Positions 56,457 through 64,000 of a stretch of DNA of 64,000 bases are shown piece by piece. The stretch lies in assembly GCA_000004985.1 (NCBI GenBank), contig GG738893.1. The stretch is one strand, 5' to 3'. The notes beneath the pieces are model-generated. The model saw nothing but the letters and a program-made list of their open reading frames with translations. It had not been told where the DNA came from and searched no databases. Both the position numbers and the translations under genes were made by a program. Each line of letters starts with the position of its first letter. The stretch's first letter is position 1. Source of the DNA: Naegleria gruberi (lineage: Eukaryota).

Positions 56457-57339
56457 AATTACGCACCTTAATAAACTCTTCATACATATTATCAACTTGT
56501 GAAAATCAGTTCCCAATTGATACCATTTTTCAGTTTCATCCAAAGCTTTGTCTTCTTTCAGTAAAAAGGTGATTTCCTTATTATATAAATATCCATCATT
56601 TCGTTGATTTATCAAAGGTAATTCATCACTCAACCAAACTGTTGATTGCATATCACTATCAACCGTAAGTAAAAGAGGTTGTAATGACCTACCCATTCAA
56701 ATTAATTGTCCCAAATGAAGAGCAAATCACATCCAATAGACTGTTAATGGCAGAGGAGACTATTAGTTCTCCAATATTAGTTCTACAAGACATATCATGT
56801 AATTTTCGGGTTGCTAATATCAATTCACACAAGCACATTCGTGTAATATTACAATCAGAAAGGATGGACTCAATTTGATTCTTCAACATTTCACAAGCCT
56901 CTGTTTCAAAGCACGATTCTGACTTTTTTAATAATAACTGAGCAATATTGTCTGCATCTTCAATTGGAAACTCAAAGTTTTGATTCCAATCCTTCGGAAC
57001 AACATTTAAGGCATTAAAGAATGAAGCCTTTCCTTCAACCCAACACGGTTGCTTACTAGGTAAAGTTTTTACTCTTTCGCAATAATTTAAAAAAAACTCT
57101 AATTTACAATCATCATCATCAATAGTGTCCAGCAAGGAATTAAGCCTTTGATACCAGAGAGCTTTATCTGTTTTCTTCTCTTGCTTTCTCTTTAGCATTT
57201 TTTTTTTTAAATTTGAAAAAATATTAAGAAGCGCGAGTGCAACAGTTTTGTGATAAGGGATGTTATGGTAAGGATTGTGAAATTGCTGATTTTCATGTGG
57301 AGGAAATGATGGGTAGTAAATGATCCAACTGCAATGCAT
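56457..57339 (-). CDS. hypothetical protein; probable 2 exons joined by a 37-bp GTAGGT...GATAG intron near 56650-56690
   Basis: Track ORF 56689..57339 starts with ATG and reads directly in frame into the downstream ORF after removal of GTAGGTCATTACAACCTCTTTTACTTACGGTTGATAG, giving ...TINLNG-DMQSTVW.... It ends at a TGA that is in frame with the kinase ORF downstream. Confidence 0.3.
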
Positions 57340-57537
57340 TGGAGATGACCCAGTGCTTTATTATTTGACCAAATTCAATATTTGTACAATCTCAATATCT
57401 TTTTTGAATATCAGTGGCTAACCTAACCAACTATTTAACAGAGATCTACTTCTCAAATGTTTTGTGTGAGATTTCAAATATATGTCATTTGGATCGCTTA
57501 CAATAAACAATATTTGAAAAAAACAAACTCACACAAA
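57340..57537. promoter_or_regulatory. divergent promoter region between 56457..57339 (-) and the Nop5-like gene (+)
   Basis: Positional only. Confidence 0.25.
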
Positions 57538-59435
57538 ATGTTTTTCCTACTGGAAACAAAAGCTGCTAGTTATGCCTTGTTCCGTATTTTGGATGAAAGT
57601 AAAATTGGCAGTGTGCAATCAATCAATGAATTGTTTGATTCTAATAATCAATCACTTTCGGAATAGTATGTATATATTTTCTCCAAATAATTACAATTTC
57701 TAATGATGATGATGATGATATATGAAATAGTATTAAATTAGTATCGTTGGAAAGCTTTCAAAATTTATCCGAAACTAATGCTGAATTAAAATTGGAAAAG
57801 TTGGCCAAGTTATTGCATCAATTGACTGATCAAAGTTTATTGATGGTTTGTGATGAAAAACTTGGAGCTACCATCAAGAGTGAATTTGATATTGAATGCA
57901 TCTGTGATGAGATAGCAATTGCCTTGACGAAATTAATTCGTTCTAGATTTGAACACTTGTTGAGAGATGCAAATATTGATGATTTGGAAGAAACTCTTTC
58001 TAATAATCAAGCAAAAATAGAAAAAACTGATACAATGATTGTCCAATCTGTTTCATTATTGGATGAGCTTGAAAAGGAAGTGAATACGTATGTAATGAGA
58101 GTTAAGGAATGGTATGGTTGGCATTTTCCTGAATTGGCAAAGATTTTATCTGATGATTCTCTTTATATAGAGACTGTTTTATGTCTTCAAAATAGAAGCA
58201 ATGCCCAAAATGCTCCATTGACCAATTTTTTAACACAAGCTTTGGCTTTACAAGTTAGAGAAGGAGCCAGTTTTTCAATGGGTGGTGATATTTCTGATGA
58301 AGATATGCTTCAAATTACTAAATTGGCTGAGCAAGTTAAAAGTGTGAGTGAATACAGATCTTCCCTCTTGGATTATGTAAAGAAAAGAATGCAAACCATA
58401 GCACCAAATTTGACTAATCTAGTTGGTGAAATAGTTGGTGCTCGTTTAATTGCTAAATCTGGTGGTTTGGTGAGTTTGGCTAAACAAACATCAGCTTTGA
58501 ATAGTAATAGCAACATTTCTGAACGTGCTCTATTAAGAGCATTATCAAAAAAACAAAACACTCCAAAATATGGTTTATTATATTATCGCGATACACAAAA
58601 AAAGCGTGCTGAATTGGAAAGCGTAGCCAAGGATTCGACTCAAAAGAGAATTCATCAAGTTTTGCCAGCTGATTTATTGCTTGAGATATTTGTAATACTA
58701 TTCGATAGTTTAAACGATGATTGGCAATTCACAACTTTACAAAATTGTTCACTAGTTTGCAAGGAATGGAATGATTTGTTGAATTGGAGAAATTATTCAC
58801 ATGACAGCAATTTGTGGAAATTACTTTTGAGAAATAATTCTATTACATTGGATCAAGAGGAAACTACAGATGTTAGAAAGGAATTATGTAAATATTGGAT
58901 TCCAAGAGGAGAATTGACTGAAATTAGTCCAAATATTGAATTTAGTTATTTTGATTTTGGAAATTATCAAACTTTTGGAGAAATTCATGCTTTCAAAATG
59001 AAAAAGTCATTTGGATTTGGAATTTTAAAACGAATTATTAAGCAAGATGAAGAGATTCATGGATTATTCAAAGAATTCATGACCAATGCCAATCCAGAGC
59101 TTTATTTCCAAGATATTTCCTTAAATTCAGATCTAGTAGACAAGTACGAATCATCTATGGATGATGCCAGAGAGGAATATAATGGAGGAAGAACCTTTGA
59201 GGAAGAAAAGAAGGATTTGGAATCTGATTGTTTATTCTCGCAATTAACTGAACACATCAGAGGAGAAAAGGTAGAGCTATCGGATTTGAATCATTTAAGA
59301 GAATTCATTAAGGAGGAATGTCCTATTGTGGCTGAATATAAGGATTGTATTATTGGTGGTGTATTCTCAATGGCTTTTCTATTAATTACGAAACATGAAC
59401 GATGCGTTTATTTCGAATATTGTGCTGAGGTGTAG
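57538..59435 (+). CDS. Nop5/Nop56/Nop58-family protein (NOP5NT plus NOSIC plus partial Nop domain) with an F-box-like C-terminal module, 2 exons: 57538..57665, 57731..59435
   Basis: Exon 1 (MFFLLETKAASYALFRILDESK) matches the Nop58 N-terminus. Intron 57666..57730 runs GTATGT...AATAG. Exon 2 contains NOSIC (MIVQSVSLLDELEKEVNTYVMRVKEWYGWHFPEL) and the Nop domain (IAPNLTNLVGEIVGARLIAKSGGLVSLAK...TPKYGLLY). The Nop domain then breaks off and the protein continues into an F-box-like VLPADLLLEIFVILFDSLNDDW...VCKEWNDLL and about 230 more aa. Confidence 0.6.
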
Positions 59436-59496
59436 GTTTCTTGGCAATCTCATTAAATAAAATTACAAAAATTAGCATTAGAAAGAGAAAAGGATT

Positions 59497-62235
59497 TTAA
59501 TAGGAAGCCAATGCTTCAAAAGCTTGTTTGGCAGTTGGTCTTGAATCTGGATCCAAATTTAACATGTCAAATGTGAGTTTTTTAAGTGAGGTAATAATTT
59601 CCAAATCTTGTCCAGACCAAGTTCTCTCGATTTGGGTGGTCAAAAAGTCGAATTCACCATTTTGGACTTTTCCTTTCACATCAGTATTAAAATCAAATGA
59701 AAGTAATTGGTAGAACATGACTCCCATCGACCAGATATCTGTTGAGAGGTTGTATCCTCTTCTACTTGACATTTCAGGACTCATATAACTATTAAATTGA
59801 AAATTATTGAAATCTTGTTAATTAAAAGTGAAAACTTACCTTGCAGTACCTGCAACTTGAGTTTCAGTTTTGAGTAAAGTCTTAGCCAAACCAAAATCAG
59901 ACAAGATTGGTTTGAGTGTCTTGTTAGCCAAATCAATGGATTCAATCAAGACGTTTTGAGGTTTGATATCTCTGTGGACAATTGAATATTCTTCATGTAA
60001 ATAGGTCAAGGAATCCATCAATTGTTTCATAATTGAGCCCAATAACTTTTCAGTAATGATTTGAGATTGATTCTTAACAAGCTCATACAAGTCACCATGA
60101 CTGTACAATGGCATGGCGAAACAAAGATATCTCTTTGTTTCAACACCCATAATACCAATGTCAGAGCTTTGAACTTCAAAGACATCTGAAATTCTGGCAA
60201 TGTTTGCGTGATCCAATTGCAACATTTGAATACCTTCTCTCATGGATCTGTTAAAGTTTACAATACTGTCAATTTCAATGTATTTAAGGGCACAAAGAGA
60301 TGGTTTGGTCTCTGTTGAGGAATAGGCATTGGCAGAATAAACACTACCGAAACCACCCTTACCAATACGTTTCAAGATTTGATACTTGTCATTGACCAAC
60401 TGAATATTAGTGTTTCTTTCAATAATTTGACTGATTTGGTTGACTTGGATTTCTTCCTTAATAATTCTAATCTTGGCAACTTTTGGTGATCTAGGAATAT
60501 CTTCAATTCTCTCTAATTCAACCCAATCATTGATAGAATCTTCAAAGTATTCTACAATAACTCCCCTATCAAACAATTCATTCATGCTTTGATGTTCTTC
60601 TTGGATTTGGAACTTTTCAAGAATGGACTTGACAAGTAATGCAAAAGTGATATTTCCAGATTCCTTAGTCTTCTTCTTCTTTCCATTAAATTCAATGAGG
60701 AGAATGAAATCTTCACCTGCTTGTGAATCGTCATCTCCACTTTGCAAATTCTTCTTCAAATCAAATAATTCTTCAATGTAGGTCTTATTGCTGTCAAACA
60801 AGAGTTTCTTACTCTCATTGATTGATGTCTCATAGAAATCATATTTTTCACTATTGAAAAACTTTTCTGGATTATCCTTAACCATATTATACAATCCATT
60901 ACAGAAAAGTCTTTCAATTGGTTCATTTCTCAGCTTGATTAAATCTCCCAATGTAACAACAGCCTCTTCAATGAATGGCTCCACATATTCTGGATATTTG
61001 GCTGCCTCCTTATAGACCTGTGCACAATAACTAGCACAGACAGTTGCTGGCAATTTGGCTGCAAAATAAACTTTGGAATATCTTTGGAAAAACATTTTGA
61101 AATCTACCTTGGCCAATGTTGGATATACAGCTCCCAAAACTGCCTTTGAAGTTTCACTAGCTCCATACTTAATTACCAATTGATTCATATTATCATTCCT
61201 CAAAATATCCAACAATAGGTCAATTTTTTCCTGAGTTCCAAATGCCATTTGAATAAACAATGAAAAGAGTGTAATAATATTCGAATCTTGCTTTTCAATC
61301 AAATGACAATGTCTCAACAATACTTTCACAACCAATCTTAAATCATCTGTCACTTTTCCAAGTGCCATCACTTGCAAAACAGAAGAAATAATCGAATTAA
61401 TTGTAAATATATTATCCATATATAAATCAAGAGTTGTTTTCAAACTGTCAAATGTAAATGCTACAGTAGATGGTAGCTCATCTCTTGTTTGACAATTATT
61501 TTGTTGTAAAATCAAATCTAATTGTCGTTGAATGGGTTGGAGTGAGCTTGACATTGGAGAGGATGAAACAATTGCTTTCAATTCGGAGAGAGAAACTAAA
61601 AATTCACCTTGTTTGGTTGCATCTTGTGGAATTTCCTCTTGATTAGTTTCGGTAGTTTCGTCTGGAATTTGAGGAGTGGTTTCTTCTTGTTCTTGCTGTG
61701 GAATTTCTTGTGTGGAAATGGTTTCTTCTTCTTCTTGTTGTTGTGGAATAGTTTCAGAGGTTTCTTCTGGAATAGTTTCGTCTACTACTTGAGAGGTTTC
61801 TTCCAAGGAATTTTCTGTTGATGATTCTACAATGGATGATGAAGGTAATTCTTCAACAACAATAGAGGATTCGTCTTGAGATTCCAATGGTGCTGAAGGA
61901 GTTTCTTCTTGTGGTGGAACAATAGTTGATGTTGTTTCGTCTTGAGATTCTTCCAATGTTGTGTGAGTTTCTTCTTGTGGTGGAGCTGATGGTTCAATAG
62001 AATTTGATTGATCATTAGAAGTGATTGTTTCGTTTCGAATATTTTCATTAATGATGATATTTGATGGTTTACTACTTTCGTCCGGAATAGTTTGAATATT
62101 CTGTGGTTGGTTATCATCAGAACTAGTTGGTTTCTTGAAAATTGTTCGTTTTGGTGGAATGTTAGAAGCAGTGTTATTATTATTCGATTCTGCTTTCTTC
62201 TCCCACATTGAAAGAAGAGAACTCAACTTGCCCAT
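59497..62235 (-). CDS. Ser/Thr protein kinase with a long acidic N-terminal region, 2 exons: 62235..59840 and 59788..59497
   Basis: The glycine loop reads IGKGGFGSVY. The catalytic loop is HRDIKPQN and the DFG motif is DFGLAK. Intron 59789..59839 (GTAAGT...AATAG, 51 bp) restores the subdomain VIII motif GTAS-YMSPE and the C-lobe (DIWSMGV...DPDSRP). Confidence 0.7.
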
Positions 62236-62599
62236 TTTTTTTTCTAGATGACAAAAAAGTGTTCTGATTTGTTCCCTTTCACATCAACAAATGTTCATCA
62301 TCATCTCCACAAAGAAACATTAATATACAATAAATTGTATAAAAACTAATTAAAAAAAACTATTCGAAACTCAAATAGAGACTCATATTCATTGCATCAT
62401 TTACTTAAATTCTCTATGAATTGAATGTTTTTCAATGGAAATTATTCCACCATCCTCTTCTCCATCCTCATCATTCTTCTCTTTCAAAAACTTGGCTCTA
62501 TATTTAATTTCACTAAATTCACCATGTAAGGTTTGCCATGAATTGCGAGGGAGAAAACTATTCTTTCCCGATCTACATTTCCATTCAAAAGTTTCACTT

Positions 62600-63472
62600 C
62601 TATTGGCGAACTGCTACCTGATCCAAATTTTCCACAAAACATTTGGCTTGCTCTTTATGGTAAATGGACGAAATGCCAATTTTTGAGCTAGTTGACTTTT
62701 CAGAATCGAATAGAATTTTGTAAAAATCTTCAAAATTATCAAATCGAATACAGACACACAGGGCAGCAATTGTCATTTCAGTCCTTTGTAAAATCTTTTC
62801 TTTCGAGTTGACTAGGGAAACAATGACACGATCTGTCCACACATTTGGTGAATACTGTTCAGAACCGAGAATTGTAAGAATGGCAGCCATCTTTGCCAAA
62901 CTATATTTCATTTCAAAATCAAATTCTTCTCCATCCCTTTTAAAGGCAACTTCCACATTTGGTCTAAACGGATTGGGAATTCGAAACTCTGTAAATGTCT
63001 CCAAACTAAATTCTGTAATAATTTCCTCTTCCTCTTCTGAATCATTCTCACTACTACTACTACAACTACAACTACTCAAATCATTATCATCATTGTCATC
63101 ATTCTTTCGTTTCTTTTTGGGTGGTGAAGTAATTTTCTTCTGCCTCTTCTTTCCATCATTATAATACTCGGCCTCATCTTCCTCCTGATACCAAATCAGA
63201 TATCTATGAAATAGTGGAAAACAAAACAAGGTTCTAAATAATAGGTACCAATATTCATCCCGATCAAGCTTTTCGGAAAAGATTAATTGATCACTCCACT
63301 CAAAATCTGCTTCCATCAATAGATCGGAATAGAGCGGAAACCATAGATCATTATGTTTACTTGCCTTGTACCATTTTCTATTGATTAATTGAATGGAATT
63401 GCTGAGCAGTGATTGTGGCGGTAAAAATTGGAAAATTTTGAGGAGGAAAAATTCATTCACTTGTTTTGGCAT
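62600..63472 (-). CDS. F-box-like hypothetical protein with an acidic/Ser-rich insert
   Basis: The 290-aa ORF starts with ATG. The N-terminus is FLLKIFQFLPPQSLLSNSIQLINRKWYKA. Confidence 0.4.
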   Translation of the reverse strand: MPKQVNEFFLLKIFQFLPPQSLLSNSIQLINRKWYKASKHNDLWFPLYSDLLMEADFEWSDQLIFSEKLDRDEYWYLLFRTLFCFPLFHRYLIWYQEEDEAEYYNDGKKRQKKITSPPKKKRKNDDNDDNDLSSCSCSSSSENDSEEEEEIITEFSLETFTEFRIPNPFRPNVEVAFKRDGEEFDFEMKYSLAKMAAILTILGSEQYSPNVWTDRVIVSLVNSKEKILQRTEMTIAALCVCIRFDNFEDFYKILFDSEKSTSSKIGISSIYHKEQAKCFVENLDQVAVRQ

Positions 63473-63552
63473 TTTTTTTTAATGTTTTCGAGCATTTGCT
63501 GGAAGTTTGAGTGAACTTTGTTAATTTTCTATTGGAATGTTGAGTGGGAAAT

Positions 63553-63939
63553 TTATTTGAGAAGAACAGGACTGTATTTACCTCTAGTACAAGCAACCAG
63601 AAGGCATGCCATCCCATAGAATATCATAGAAGTCCATAAAATAATGGTTGGAGCGAGTGGTGTCGTTGCCTGAAGAACATTCGTATAGATGAGCATGAGT
63701 ACTTCACAAATTGTTTGGAAAGCAATAGTTACGAGCATGGTAGTGGATGGATGCACTGGATAGGTAATGTAAACTGTCATTTGAGTCAATAATGATGGAG
63801 TAGGACCTGTGAAAAATCCAATAATGACAAATGCCATTCCTGACATGACTAACATTCCATCATCCTTATACCACAACGTTAGAATGCAAAACCAGAGATA
63901 TCCCAAACTCCCCGAAAAGCTCGTAATGATAGTAATCAA
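63553..63939 (-). CDS. hypothetical membrane protein fragment; the gene may continue beyond the window edge
   Basis: The 128-aa ORF has 3-4 hydrophobic helices. The upstream 60 nt to the window end stay open in a neighbouring frame. Confidence 0.25.
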   Translation of the reverse strand: MITIITSFSGSLGYLWFCILTLWYKDDGMLVMSGMAFVIIGFFTGPTPSLLTQMTVYITYPVHPSTTMLVTIAFQTICEVLMLIYTNVLQATTPLAPTIILWTSMIFYGMACLLVACTRGKYSPVLLK

Positions 63940-64000
63940 TCTAAACTGTTTCGTTCTGTCAAAAAGAAATGAAAAGATAAAAGATCCAATCGTTCCAAAC

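Noticed and set aside
1-64000. CRISPR arrays, prokaryotic operons or defence systems.
   Set aside because: There are no direct-repeat/spacer arrays. The genes have spliceosomal introns, eukaryotic signal peptides and eukaryote-specific families (RCC1, SNF2/ATRX, F-box, RWP-RK). This is nuclear eukaryotic DNA.

Overview
This window is AT-rich nuclear DNA (roughly 30% GC) from a gene-dense eukaryote, not a prokaryote. I found no rRNA, tRNA or CRISPR arrays. Genes sit on both strands with short intergenic spacers. Most are single-exon or carry a few short spliceosomal introns, which I located by hand from GTAAGT/GTAGGT/GTATGT donors and YAG acceptors. Nine introns are 40-94 bp, one is about 214 bp and one about 328 bp. 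Asn/Ser/His-rich low-complexity tracts are common. Together with small RWP-RK genes this suggests an amoebozoan-like protist, but that is a low-confidence inference. Start codons in the supplied ORF track are sometimes TTG/GTG artefacts, so I moved several starts to the first in-frame ATG.

Recognisable genes:
- a very large multi-pass membrane class III nucleotidyl cyclase (3 exons, 3349-8715) with adenylyl-type specificity residues
- a cathepsin B-like protease
- an intron-containing GH19 chitinase/lysozyme with a bacterial-type SH3b-like N-domain (possible HGT)
- an mRNA cap guanine-N7 methyltransferase
- an ATRX/RAD54-like SNF2 ATPase
- two adjacent RCC1-repeat genes
- an MFS transporter (3 exons)
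- two protein kinases
- a TPR protein
- two paralogous F-box-like plus RI-type LRR proteins
- many F-box-like genes
- a Nop5/Nop58-like snoRNP gene whose Nop domain is truncated and replaced by an F-box-like C-terminus

The most unusual structure is a 16-kb cluster (13.9-29.7 kb) of five small MID-like RWP-RK transcription-factor paralogs. One is frameshifted, and there is also a decayed remnant. Interspersed with them are a leucine-zipper protein, a decayed duplicate of the cyclase catalytic domain, and a TTAA-flanked inverted-repeat element. This looks like a rapidly evolving regulatory or accessory locus, possibly mating-type-like.
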